Positions 1-10,019 of a stretch of DNA of 64,000 bases are shown here, one piece after another. The notes beneath the pieces are model-generated. The model saw only the letters and a list, made by a program, of their open reading frames with translations. It was not told where the DNA came from and did no database searches. Position 1 is the first letter of the stretch. Each line of letters begins with the position of its first letter. The DNA comes from an uncultured Clostridia bacterium (GTDB lineage Bacteria > Bacillota > Clostridia > Christensenellales > CAG-917). The DNA lies in contig CAUSLO010000002.1 of the NCBI GenBank assembly GCA_963532875.1, forward strand, positions 1,377 through 65,376, read 5' to 3'. The translations under genes and the position numbers were made by a program.

Positions 1-2090
1 TATTTTGAAACAATCATATTAATTAATTCTGTTGGAGAACATGAGACACTTATTAACCTATACTCCTTTAGTGTCTCTATTCTTTGATATATTTTATCTC
101 TATATGCATCGACAACTTTATTGTACTCATTATTTTCATTCTTTTGATCCCTCATTATTCTTAATAAAGATAGCCTATCGTATAAACTTGTCAATGAATT
201 TATGTCTAAGTTTTCTCTTAATTGGTTTTTTCGTGCATCTACTGCATTTGTTATGATATAAAGGTCTTTCTCTGTTAATTTGCTAAAAATTGAAGTTAAA
301 TATGTAAATAAATAAATATCTTTATGTGGATTATTTATTGCATTTAAAAATGAAATTATTTCTGTCAATTCATTCTTTCGATCTTTATTAGAAATCGTAT
401 TATATGGAATCTTGTACTCATCAAATACTGATAATATTTTTAAATTATTACATAAACTTTCGTTGTAAATGTTTTTTCTTGTTAGTATAACAATATCGCT
501 ATATTTATATCCTTGATCAATAAAGTCTTTAATTTGTTCTGCTATATATTTTGAGACGGAATTGTCAATTTCTTCACCTTTAGACTCTTCATAAAGAATA
601 CATGTTACGTCATCATTGTTAACTGTATCGTCTTTCAATATAAACTTTTCTTTGTTGTAATCAACTTCGCTTATATCCTCAGTCATTTCAGATTCAAATA
701 TCCTATTTACAAAATCTAATACTTTATTTGAACTTCTAAAATTTTGTTTTAAATATATAACTTGTTCTGTATTAGCCAACTCATATTTTTTCTTTCGATT
801 TAAAAATATTTTTGGTTCTGCATGCCTAAATCTATATATTGATTGTTTAACATCACCAACAACAAACAAATTATTTTTACTTAATTTTGTAATAATTTCC
901 TCTTGTATATGATTAAGGTCTTGATACTCATCAACAAATATATGCTTAAATTGCATTCCATAGTTTGGATAAAGTTTCAACGCTTCTAGACAGAATATTT
1001 GTAAATCACTATAACTCATCAATTTGCGTCTTCGTTTAAAATTAGAATATTCATCGTGTACGTTAAGTAAAATATTTAAAATAAGTTTTGTATATTTCAT
1101 TACATCAGATATCTCATTTTTTAAATCTGCATCACTCTTATCTTTTTTACTTTTTTTGATATCTTTAATTTTGTCCCTAATATCATCTTTGTATGCTTCT
1201 GCAATCGCAAAAACTAATTCATCACCAATTTCATCCTTAAATTTTGGTAAATGTCTTAGAAATTCAATATTATGTTGAATTAAATCGCTAAATGTTTTAA
1301 ATTTTATACCTTTTATAAATGGCTTGCAGACCGAATCTACATAATCTAAGTACTTCAAACTGTCTTTTGTCTTTATTGTACTTTGTTCATAATAATCAAT
1401 TACAATTTTATGTGCCTTCAATGCCCAACTTCTCAATCTTTTAAATGCGGTATTAAAATGTTCCAAAATAATATCTAAAGACTCTTTAAAAAGAATATCA
1501 ACAGTTTTATTCTTAATTTCTTCAATTGACCCTTTAAAACTCGCCTGTTCACATAGAGAGTTATAAAGTTTCAAAATTTGATTAACGGCATTTGCTCTTG
1601 TCGAAAACAATTTAATTAAATCTATAAATACTGCATTATCTTCTTCCTTTCCGTTCTCATCTAAAACATTTGAAATTATTTCTGTTAAATTAGAATCATT
1701 TTCATCTAGTATTGAAAAATTAGGCGAAATATTTAACTCTGAAAAATGCTCTCTTGTTACTTTTGCAGAGAAACTGTGAATTGTATATATATTTGAATAT
1801 GGTAAATTTGAGAGTGCTCTCATTAACAGTTTTTTTTCTATATCTAAATTCTCTTTTTTAACCTCATTTAATTTAGCACAAATTGCATCGTATATTTTTA
1901 ATTTCAATTCTCGTGCATTAGTCTCATTAAACACTAAAAATAATATTTCTGATATATCGACCTTTTCAGTCAGCAAAAGAAATATGACACGTTCAATCAT
2001 TGTTGATGTCTTTCCCGTACCTGCTGAAGCAGCAACTAAGATATTGGTTTTAGCAGTAACTACTTTTTTTTGATCATCTGTTAGTTTCAT
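1..2090 (-). CDS. addA: ATP-dependent helicase/nuclease subunit A (AddA/RexA), first ~696 codons; gene continues past the left edge
   Basis: Hand translation from ATG 2090-2088 gives MKLTDDQKKVVTAKTNILVAASAGTGKT... with a UvrD-type Walker A. The start overlaps the addB stop (TAATG). The track reports no minus-strand stop in 1-2089, and I checked the frame open at positions 3-59. Confidence 0.85.
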   Translation of the reverse strand, partial: MKLTDDQKKVVTAKTNILVAASAGTGKTSTMIERVIFLLLTEKVDISEILFLVFNETNARELKLKIYDAICAKLNEVKKENLDIEKKLLMRALSNLPYSNIYTIHSFSAKVTREHFSELNISPNFSILDENDSNLTEIISNVLDENGKEEDNAVFIDLIKLFSTRANAVNQILKLYNSLCEQASFKGSIEEIKNKTVDILFKESLDIILEHFNTAFKRLRSWALKAHKIVIDYYEQSTIKTKDSLKYLDYVDSVCKPFIKGIKFKTFSDLIQHNIEFLRHLPKFKDEIGDELVFAIAEAYKDDIRDKIKDIKKSKKDKSDADLKNEISDVMKYTKLILNILLNVHDEYSNFKRRRKLMSYSDLQIFCLEALKLYPNYGMQFKHIFVDEYQDLNHIQEEIITKLSKNNLFVVGDVKQSIYRFRHAEPKIFLNRKKKYELANTEQVIYLKQNFRSSNKVLDFVNRIFESEMTEDISEVDYNKEKFILKDDTVNNDDVTCILYEESKGEEIDNSVSKYIAEQIKDFIDQGYKYSDIVILTRKNIYNESLCNNLKILSVFDEYKIPYNTISNKDRKNELTEIISFLNAINNPHKDIYLFTYLTSIFSKLTEKDLYIITNAVDARKNQLRENLDINSLTSLYDRLSLLRIMRDQKNENNEYNKVVDAYRDKIYQRIETLKEYRLISVSCSPTELINMIVSK

Positions 2091-5000
2091 TATTGCACTC
2101 CATTTTTATGTAATAAAGAAAAATATCTACAGACATTTTTAAAATCACAATATTTATTGTTTTTACATTGTTCACACGTCGGTGCAATCTCTCCTTTTTT
2201 AATAGCACTTGCTTTTGTGTTTATTTCTTTTTTTGTCGCATCAATTAAATCTTTTTTACAAATTACTCCTTTTGCATCTTCATCGTTGTTTCCAGTAGTG
2301 TCTTTATAAAAATCATCCATACGAATACGACTAATTTCCATAGCAGAATCTGCTGATGTCCTAAAATCATTTTTTACATTAATATATGCTATCTCACCAA
2401 CCTTAAAGTTTTTATTCTCTAAAGCCAACATGTAAAAAGGAAGTTGAATTTTGGTACCGTCTTTAAGTATCTTCTCTGGATCAAGATTAGTGGCAAACCT
2501 ATTACTATTTGATGTCTTATAGTCATATATAGCGTAGTAATTGTTACCAGAATAAGTTTTTTTAGACACATCAATTCTATCAATTCTGCCTGAAATAGAT
2601 ATTACATTTTCTCCATTTTCATCTTCTCCAACAGTTAAACTGTGAATATTAAAATCGTGATCATCTTTTAAACTTGCTTCGCACTTATATGGTTTAAATA
2701 TACTCGTTTCACTTAGTAAGTTTTTGTGCATCTCATTAATAACATCAAAAATTGCATCTTTAGTTACTGTCATCATATCTGCAAATCTGCCTACATTATG
2801 CAAAAAGTCTGGTATAACTTTTTCCGCCTCAGGTACATAAAAATCATTAAACCGATTTTGCAAGTTTCCCTCAGTTACTTTGCCAGCTAAATAGTCATTA
2901 ATAAATAACTCTAAATACCTATGAGACAAATTTCCCTTCAAAATATGTTCAGTCTTGTCTGAGTCAACATTGTCAAAATCACTTGATATTCCAAGGACAT
3001 TGGAGATGTAGTACATATATGGACAAGTTGCATAACGTTCAATACTAGTAGGTGAGAATGAGTGTTTTTTTGCTAATGTATATTCATGCTTGATACTTTC
3101 AGGTAAATGGTCAATATGTTCAAAATCAGTGCGTCTAATCCCAACGATTTGCAAAATCTTATCTTGAGATTCTTTATTTAAACTTTTCCACTCCTCAATA
3201 TTTTCTGAAAATAAGGTTATTTTTGTCTCCTCATTAATTAACGCAAATTTGCTCTTATTCTCAAAAGACAACGCCGAATCAATATTTTCACTCATCTTTT
3301 TAATTTCTAAATTATTAAAAATAGTTGTTAATTGTTTGTATATAATTGATGGCTCAATTGATTCTTCGTTACTACAAGAAATTACCAACTTTTTTTTGCA
3401 TTTTTTTATGAATTCAATGATAGATATCATGTTATACGTCATATCTGTCTCAGCGTCTAACAAGTAAATATTGTTATTGCCTCTAAATGCATCCATAAGT
3501 TTCTTTTCATCTGCGTGTGTAATAATAATCCCTTCAGGTGTTGTTTTAGGAATTGAATTTGAATCGGCACCTATAAGATACATATATTCAGAAGTTACAA
3601 ATCTTGAATTAAATGAACCTATATGAACTCTATCTATTGATGCTGGTATAGTCGCAATAGTAACTGCGGAAATTACACCTCTAAATAGGAAAATGAACTC
3701 TTGTAAATCACATTCATAATCCACTAGTTCTTCCATTAAGTGGTATATTTCTTCTAACTTATTATCTACTTGTTCAGCTACTCGTTTGTATTCGCCCGTG
3801 ATCTTGCTCATTTCTTGTATATATATGTCCCAAGTAGGATTCAGACCGCTAATAACTCCAAACTCCTCTAGTGTTTTAATCCAAGCACTTACTCTTTGTT
3901 TTGATACTGAAAAACATGAAAGGACTTTACATAGTTGCTCTCTAACTATTTCTGCATTTTCGCACACGAGTTTCTCACTATCAGAAGCGTTTTCTCTAGC
4001 TAAAAATTTCATTTTAAATGATCTTTTATTTCCAATGCCGTCGATATAATTTTCTCTAACATACTTTTCAAAGTTACCGATTAGTTTAGAAAGTGGCTTT
4101 GATGTCATTTCTGTAAAAGTGTAATAATCAGGGGCAAATAAGGGATTATTTACAAAATTAATTACTTCTTCTTTCCCAAATTTACTATTGATAACATTTA
4201 ATGCATCTAATAAATACTTAATCTTCCCCTGATCTTTTAATTGATATTTGACGTCTAAGTGAAATGGAATATTGTATCTATGAAAAATTTTTTTAATAGA
4301 ATATTTGTATTTTTCCATATCACAGCATAGTATTTGATAATCTTTGTATCTCTTCTGATTGTGTATACCTTCTGTAATATCTAACGCTACATTGATTATT
4401 TCTGCATCAACATCATGGAATTGTGTTAATTCAATTGCGTTTGTTTCTATCTTATTTTTCTCTTCTGGTTGTTCATATGAAAATACGTAATTGCTAGCAC
4501 ACTCAATATCGTTTGGTAATTTTTCATTATATGATTTTAGTTCGCCAGTCTTCTTACCATCTTCTACATATTTAGTTATTTGATCATAAATTTTCTTCTC
4601 ATAAATATAACTATTCGGTTGTTGAAAGGTTGTTGAAAACGCAATGGTACATGACAGTGCATTATCCTCTATCTTTTTAATTATTTTAAGTTGTTGTCTT
4701 GTGAATCCAAAAAAATCGAGGATATAGTAGTTAGTTGATTCAATACTTGTTGATAACTCTTCTGCTAATGCTTCCATGACAGTTATTGAATCTAGGCAAT
4801 TTTCACTTATCGTATCTAAGTATTTCTGGTATATCAAATATATCTCACTTAATTTGTTTTTTAATTTTTCAGGAATTTTTTCTTCTATTAGACTTATATC
4901 GCTCATTGTTATCCCACTCTCGACAAGTGATCTAATAGTTGTATACAAGAGTTCTGAAAAGTTTTCAAAATGATGTGAATTTGCAAAAAACTTAATCTTA

Positions 5001-5389
5001 TTCTGTTTGCTCAATTCATAAATTGATTTATTAATCAACAAAATTGAACTTTCTCTTGAAAGAAATTTGAATCTGCTATTTCTTAAATAGTCTTTTGCCA
5101 TTTCTTCAAATGAAGTTACTTGAATATTTTGTGTTCCCTCATTTAAATCTGTATATACGCCGAGACGTACTGTTGCCGTAAACTGTCTAGGGACAATTAT
5201 TATATGGTTTGTTTCCTTAGCATTGTCTCCAAGTAACCTATTTTTTATTAACTCAATTGTTTGCAAATATGCTTCAAGTGAAGTATTTGTTAATATTTTT
5301 TTCACAAATAAAATATAGCAAACCAAAATAAAAAATGCAATAAAAAAATTGCATTTATTGTCCCATTTATATGACATCAAAACATGCAA
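2090..5389 (-). CDS. addB: ATP-dependent helicase/nuclease subunit B (AddB/RexB type, no N-terminal Walker A)
   Basis: 1099 aa directly upstream of addA. The C-terminus has a RecB-like nuclease region with a Cys cluster (CPYMYY ... CEQCKNNKYCDFKNVC) typical of the AddB Fe-S domain. The track start is TTG 5389 and encodes a hydrophobic, non-AddB stretch. GTG at 5305 (VKKILTNTSLEAY) is the more plausible start. Confidence 0.85.
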   Translation of the reverse strand: MHVLMSYKWDNKCNFFIAFFILVCYILFVKKILTNTSLEAYLQTIELIKNRLLGDNAKETNHIIIVPRQFTATVRLGVYTDLNEGTQNIQVTSFEEMAKDYLRNSRFKFLSRESSILLINKSIYELSKQNKIKFFANSHHFENFSELLYTTIRSLVESGITMSDISLIEEKIPEKLKNKLSEIYLIYQKYLDTISENCLDSITVMEALAEELSTSIESTNYYILDFFGFTRQQLKIIKKIEDNALSCTIAFSTTFQQPNSYIYEKKIYDQITKYVEDGKKTGELKSYNEKLPNDIECASNYVFSYEQPEEKNKIETNAIELTQFHDVDAEIINVALDITEGIHNQKRYKDYQILCCDMEKYKYSIKKIFHRYNIPFHLDVKYQLKDQGKIKYLLDALNVINSKFGKEEVINFVNNPLFAPDYYTFTEMTSKPLSKLIGNFEKYVRENYIDGIGNKRSFKMKFLARENASDSEKLVCENAEIVREQLCKVLSCFSVSKQRVSAWIKTLEEFGVISGLNPTWDIYIQEMSKITGEYKRVAEQVDNKLEEIYHLMEELVDYECDLQEFIFLFRGVISAVTIATIPASIDRVHIGSFNSRFVTSEYMYLIGADSNSIPKTTPEGIIITHADEKKLMDAFRGNNNIYLLDAETDMTYNMISIIEFIKKCKKKLVISCSNEESIEPSIIYKQLTTIFNNLEIKKMSENIDSALSFENKSKFALINEETKITLFSENIEEWKSLNKESQDKILQIVGIRRTDFEHIDHLPESIKHEYTLAKKHSFSPTSIERYATCPYMYYISNVLGISSDFDNVDSDKTEHILKGNLSHRYLELFINDYLAGKVTEGNLQNRFNDFYVPEAEKVIPDFLHNVGRFADMMTVTKDAIFDVINEMHKNLLSETSIFKPYKCEASLKDDHDFNIHSLTVGEDENGENVISISGRIDRIDVSKKTYSGNNYYAIYDYKTSNSNRFATNLDPEKILKDGTKIQLPFYMLALENKNFKVGEIAYINVKNDFRTSADSAMEISRIRMDDFYKDTTGNNDEDAKGVICKKDLIDATKKEINTKASAIKKGEIAPTCEQCKNNKYCDFKNVCRYFSLLHKNGVQ

Positions 5390-5451
5390 GTTTAATACTC
5401 TTACACTGCTTTTTATTTACAAGGATATATATTTAATATAAAATAATTTGC

Positions 5452-6339
5452 ATGAAGGCAAAGATATTTAGAAGTTTTTTACTATTATTAATTGTTTTAT
5501 TACTACCTCTAACTTTGGCTGGTTGTGGGAATAAAGCCACTGTGCAAGGTACTTTAAATAGTTTAATTCCTTGGGGCGTTTCTGAAGAATTCACTTATGA
5601 TATATATGACGAAGAAAGTCCAGAATTTAAAAAAGAAAAAAAAGAAGCAGTGGGAACATATAAAGTTACTTTAAAAAAACACCCTGCAAATGAAGAGTTT
5701 AATCTCTTAAAAAAAAATACTGAAAATAAAGTTTCATATTCGTATGAGACTATTGAAATAATTCAAAAATTACAAAAAGGCACAACTACAATTACCCATC
5801 AATCTGTTATACGAATTGCTGGTGGGGATACTCTACATTCACCTATATTCGCTTCAAAGACAGTAACTAAAGATACCAAAATTACGTACTTTGCATTCTC
5901 TGATTTTACTAAGAAAAAGATAACTGGCGTTGTCAATGGTAAAAATGTAAAGATTGATAGAAAAAAAATAATGTTTGATAATGCTCAATTGCATCAACTA
6001 ATTAGATCAACTTCAGAATTGAAAAATTTAGTATTTAATTTTGTAATGAGCACTTTTGAAAACAATACTATTACTAGCAACAGTATAACCGTTGAAAATA
6101 AAAAAGAAAGAAAAGGTAAAGAAGTTTTTTATAACACTAATTGGCATGAATACAAGGCTTATGAACTTGAAATAAGAAAAAACACAAAACTTATAAGCAA
6201 TCCTCAAAAGATATATTTATGTGAAGCACTTAAATATAAAAATTGGGAAATTAAAAATCCAGTTGTAAGATTTGAAGAATATAAAGGTAAAACTGATAAA
6301 AAGATTATTTACGAATTAAAAGATTATAAACTTATTTAA
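5452..6339 (+). CDS. lipoprotein of unknown function
   Basis: Signal peptide plus lipobox MKAKIFRSFLLLLIVLLLPLTLAG-C. No catalytic motifs recognised. It is one of only two plus-strand genes, and its stop overlaps the pncB stop convergently. Confidence 0.75.
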   Translation: MKAKIFRSFLLLLIVLLLPLTLAGCGNKATVQGTLNSLIPWGVSEEFTYDIYDEESPEFKKEKKEAVGTYKVTLKKHPANEEFNLLKKNTENKVSYSYETIEIIQKLQKGTTTITHQSVIRIAGGDTLHSPIFASKTVTKDTKITYFAFSDFTKKKITGVVNGKNVKIDRKKIMFDNAQLHQLIRSTSELKNLVFNFVMSTFENNTITSNSITVENKKERKGKEVFYNTNWHEYKAYELEIRKNTKLISNPQKIYLCEALKYKNWEIKNPVVRFEEYKGKTDKKIIYELKDYKLI

Positions 6340-7753
6340 TTCGACTTTTTGTTAATAAATTATCCTTGATAATCCAGGCTTTTTCTGAGAGGTCTACTTT
6401 ATATGTGTGAGTATTAATTACTCTTTTGTATTCTGAATCGAATTCATCGCAACACGAATCTGCATATTCTGCAATCTCTTGCAAATTTGGCATCTTGTAT
6501 ACCAGTTTGCCGTTCTTGAAAATTTGAGTTGATAGTTCACGTATCTTAAAATTTTCAAAAACTGTTTGTTTCCAGCGTTCTTCTGGATGTGTAATAACTA
6601 GTGGCTTTGACTCATCAATTACCTCATCTACTAAAGCAACTAAATCTGCTTGTGCTTTGTTGTCTACAAATATTCTTATTACTTTTTTAATTCCAGGGTT
6701 TGTAGTTTTACTTAATGTATTAGAAATCTTAATTTTAGGTTTTAATTCCCCATCCTCTTCAATTGCACACAACTTATATACCCCACCAAGCGATGCGTTT
6801 GCATACGATGTGATTAGTTTTGTTCCGATACCATATACGTCAATTTTTGCACCTTGATGTCCAAGTGAAATTAACACATCTTCATCAATATCATTTGATA
6901 CAAATATTTTTGTTTCACTATGTCCAGTATCATCTAACATTTTTCTTGCCATTTTACTTAAATATGCTAAATCACCACTATCAAGTCTTATGCCTAAAGG
7001 CTTGTATCCCTTTGCCTTCAACTCATCAAAAACTTTGATTGCATTTGGTATTCCACTTTTTAAAGTATCGTAAGTATCCACTAACAAAAGACATCTATCT
7101 GGATATTGATTTGCATATGCTCTAAATGCCTCAAGTTCCGTTTTAAATGACATAACCCAACTGTGTGAATGAGTTCCAACTATTGGTATATGAAATTCTT
7201 TTCCAGCCAACACATTAGATGTTGTTCTACATCCACCAATATATGCAGCCCTTGCTCCAAATATGCCTGCATCAGGACCTTGAGCCCTTCTTAACCCAAA
7301 TTCTGATATTGGCTTTGAAGTACACTCACAAAGTCGTCTTGCCTTTGTTGCAATTAAAGTTTGATGATTAATGATTGTTAAAATCGCTGTTTCTACAAGT
7401 TGTGCCTGAAATAATGGGGCGATAACTGTCAATATCGGTTCGTATGGAAAAACTATTGTGCCTTCTGGAATTGCTACAATATCGCCAGTGAATTTAAAAT
7501 GTTTTAATTCCTTTAAAAAACTTTCACTGAACAAATTTTGTTTTCTTAGGTAGTCAATATCAGAGTCGTCAAAGTGTAACGAGTTAATATATTCTATAAC
7601 TTGTTCAAGTCCAGCGACTATTGCATATGAATACCCACCACTGCCACGATAAAAGACGTCAAACGCAGCCATCTTGTTGTTCATTTTAGCTGTGAAATAT
7701 CCATTCATCATTGTTAACTGATATAAATCAGTTAACATGGTTAAGTTTCTCAT
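6332..7753 (-). CDS. pncB: nicotinate phosphoribosyltransferase
   Basis: 473 aa with N-terminus MRNLTMLTDLYQLTMMNGYF and a GTHSHSWVM motif typical of NAPRTase. SD GAGGGAAA lies before the ATG. Confidence 0.9.
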   Translation of the reverse strand: MRNLTMLTDLYQLTMMNGYFTAKMNNKMAAFDVFYRGSGGYSYAIVAGLEQVIEYINSLHFDDSDIDYLRKQNLFSESFLKELKHFKFTGDIVAIPEGTIVFPYEPILTVIAPLFQAQLVETAILTIINHQTLIATKARRLCECTSKPISEFGLRRAQGPDAGIFGARAAYIGGCRTTSNVLAGKEFHIPIVGTHSHSWVMSFKTELEAFRAYANQYPDRCLLLVDTYDTLKSGIPNAIKVFDELKAKGYKPLGIRLDSGDLAYLSKMARKMLDDTGHSETKIFVSNDIDEDVLISLGHQGAKIDVYGIGTKLITSYANASLGGVYKLCAIEEDGELKPKIKISNTLSKTTNPGIKKVIRIFVDNKAQADLVALVDEVIDESKPLVITHPEERWKQTVFENFKIRELSTQIFKNGKLVYKMPNLQEIAEYADSCCDEFDSEYKRVINTHTYKVDLSEKAWIIKDNLLTKSRIK

Positions 7754-8839
7754 TTATACATTTCCCTCAACTGTGAAAACCAATTTCTCTTTACCGTGTA
7801 AATACTTCTCTTTTTTCAAATCTTTAAAATACTTATTTTCAATACCTTCATAAAAGTTCCATCGTTTCTTTATGTTTAATTGGCTATCCTTATTCCTTAA
7901 AATTTGGTTTGAAATTCTTTTACTAACAATCTTTTGTCCAATCTCATATAACCAAACTTCTTCCTTTGTTAGGTATACAGTAGATAGTGTATTCCGCTTA
8001 ATAGCACTTTGGACTTTAAATAAGACTTCTCTAGACTTCTGTGCATACACCAAGAAAAGCATAAGTAATAACATTATCAAGATTACTGGTGCTCCAGCGT
8101 ACTTATTGAAATTTTGTAATTTTTCAGTTCCATCAATTCTTATATAGTCTAATGCTCCACGAACAATCATGAACCATAACAAATATAAAACTGTCCAAAC
8201 GCCCTTATATCTTTTATATCTTTTCCATAAATTAAATATCAACGCTAAGCCAATTAAATTTAGACATATCTCATAGAAGAACGTTGCTGCAAAAAACTGA
8301 TTTTTGCCGTCTTTACTCCACTCCTTCCAAAGTGCTTCATCAACACCTTGTGGATTTGTGATTTTCACTGCAAATGGGAAGTGATGTAACTTATCATTCA
8401 ATATTGGTTTACCAAATGCTTCTTGATTTACGAAATTTCCCCATCTACCAATTGATTGTCCAACAAGTAAAGGTGAAACTGCAAAGTCAGTTATTGTGAA
8501 GAATGAAATTTTCTTAACTCTTGAGAATATAAATACTCCTAAGATTCCACCTAATACACCACCGTATATTGTTACGCCACCTTCCCAAATTTTAAATATT
8601 GATACAAAATCGTTATAGTCCTTAGTGTGTGTAATTACGTATAAGAGTCTTGCAAATATTACAGCAAGTGGAACGGTGTACAAGAATAATGTAAGAATAT
8701 CATCCCCAGTAAGTTTTATTTTTTTTGCATTGTGAATTCCAAATGATAATGCTACAACCAATGCAATAGAAAATATTACACCATACCATGCAATAGAAGT
8801 TTGCCCTACTGTTTTGCCATCAGCAATTAATTGTAACAT
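7754..8839 (-). CDS. lgt: prolipoprotein diacylglyceryl transferase with ~90-aa basic C-terminal extension
   Basis: Multi-TM protein carrying GGVTIYGGVLGGILG and GRWGNFVNQEAFG motifs. At 361 aa it is longer than usual Lgt. Confidence 0.9.
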   Translation of the reverse strand: MLQLIADGKTVGQTSIAWYGVIFSIALVVALSFGIHNAKKIKLTGDDILTLFLYTVPLAVIFARLLYVITHTKDYNDFVSIFKIWEGGVTIYGGVLGGILGVFIFSRVKKISFFTITDFAVSPLLVGQSIGRWGNFVNQEAFGKPILNDKLHHFPFAVKITNPQGVDEALWKEWSKDGKNQFFAATFFYEICLNLIGLALIFNLWKRYKRYKGVWTVLYLLWFMIVRGALDYIRIDGTEKLQNFNKYAGAPVILIMLLLMLFLVYAQKSREVLFKVQSAIKRNTLSTVYLTKEEVWLYEIGQKIVSKRISNQILRNKDSQLNIKKRWNFYEGIENKYFKDLKKEKYLHGKEKLVFTVEGNV

Positions 8840-9999
8840 TTAATTAATCTTGCTCCGTATTTCTCAATTTTAACTCTAGATACATTTTTTATACCAAAAT
8901 AACGTTTTAAAGTAAAATCTATATTTTTGTTAGCAATTACTAGAATAGTCCCAGCAAATCCGCCACCATGTACTCTTTTTGCAACTACATTTTTTAAATT
9001 TTTGACCTTATCAAGTGAGTCGACTAAGACAGTGCTTTTTGTAACTTTAGAAATTAAATTCTTTAAATACTTCTTTGAACTTTCTCCAGATTCATTAATA
9101 CAATCTAATAACAATTTCTCATTTTTATTGTTAATAGCATCAAAAGCCCTTACCACTCTATCTATTTCAGTGAAATAATGCATTGCTCGTTCTGCCACAG
9201 GAGCAGTGTATTTACTCTTTAGTTCTTCATATGAATTTAAAAACTCATCCTTATCAACTTCAGATAATAGTTTCTTATTAAAGTGCATTGCGATTGTTGC
9301 CATGTCATCCACTATAGCCGCATAATCACTGGTCAATCCTGCATGACTTCCTTTTGTATTAATTACATATATATTTAAATCATCGAAATTCCACTTGCAT
9401 TCCTTATGACCAATATTGTTTTTATCAAAGAAATCTAGCATTTGAATTCCGCCCAACGCAATTATTGTTTGATCCAACATTCCTGATGGTTTTCCAAAAT
9501 ATTCGTTTTCTGCAAACTGTGATGCACGTGCAGCAAATATTGGATCAATTTTTTCTTTTGAATTTAAGTCGTTCAAAATAGTCGCCAATAAAACCTCAAA
9601 CGCCGAAGATGATGACACACCTGCACCGTTTGGTATAGTTGAATTCATTACTGCTGAAAATCCTGATACCTTACGATTATTTAGTTCAAAATATTTTAAT
9701 ATGCCCCTTACAATTCCTTCTGATGTTCCTTTCTCGTCTTCTCTTTTGTCTGTATCAGAAATAATAATATCTTTTAGTTCATATCCTTGCGAATATATCT
9801 TAATAATATTGTCATCTCTTTTAGATACAGTTGCCAAAATATTCAAGGAAATTGCTGCCGCCAATACTTTACCACCTTGATGATCAGTATGGTTACCTAC
9901 AACTTCAATTCGTCCTGGAGACGAAAATAAATATTCTGGATTTTTATTAAAAATCTTATGGTGTTTCTTCTCTAATGTTTTAATTATTAAATCTGTCAT
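8827..9999 (-). CDS. galactokinase-family GHMP sugar kinase
   Basis: SPGRIEVVGNHTDHQGG (a variant of the galactokinase signature) and the GHMP ATP motif PNGAGVSSSSAFEV. No galT or galE nearby, so the substrate is uncertain. Confidence 0.75.
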   Translation of the reverse strand: MTDLIIKTLEKKHHKIFNKNPEYLFSSPGRIEVVGNHTDHQGGKVLAAAISLNILATVSKRDDNIIKIYSQGYELKDIIISDTDKREDEKGTSEGIVRGILKYFELNNRKVSGFSAVMNSTIPNGAGVSSSSAFEVLLATILNDLNSKEKIDPIFAARASQFAENEYFGKPSGMLDQTIIALGGIQMLDFFDKNNIGHKECKWNFDDLNIYVINTKGSHAGLTSDYAAIVDDMATIAMHFNKKLLSEVDKDEFLNSYEELKSKYTAPVAERAMHYFTEIDRVVRAFDAINNKNEKLLLDCINESGESSKKYLKNLISKVTKSTVLVDSLDKVKNLKNVVAKRVHGGGFAGTILVIANKNIDFTLKRYFGIKNVSRVKIEKYGARLIKCYN

Positions 10000-10019
10000 A
10001 TTTCCCCCTCTCTTATATA

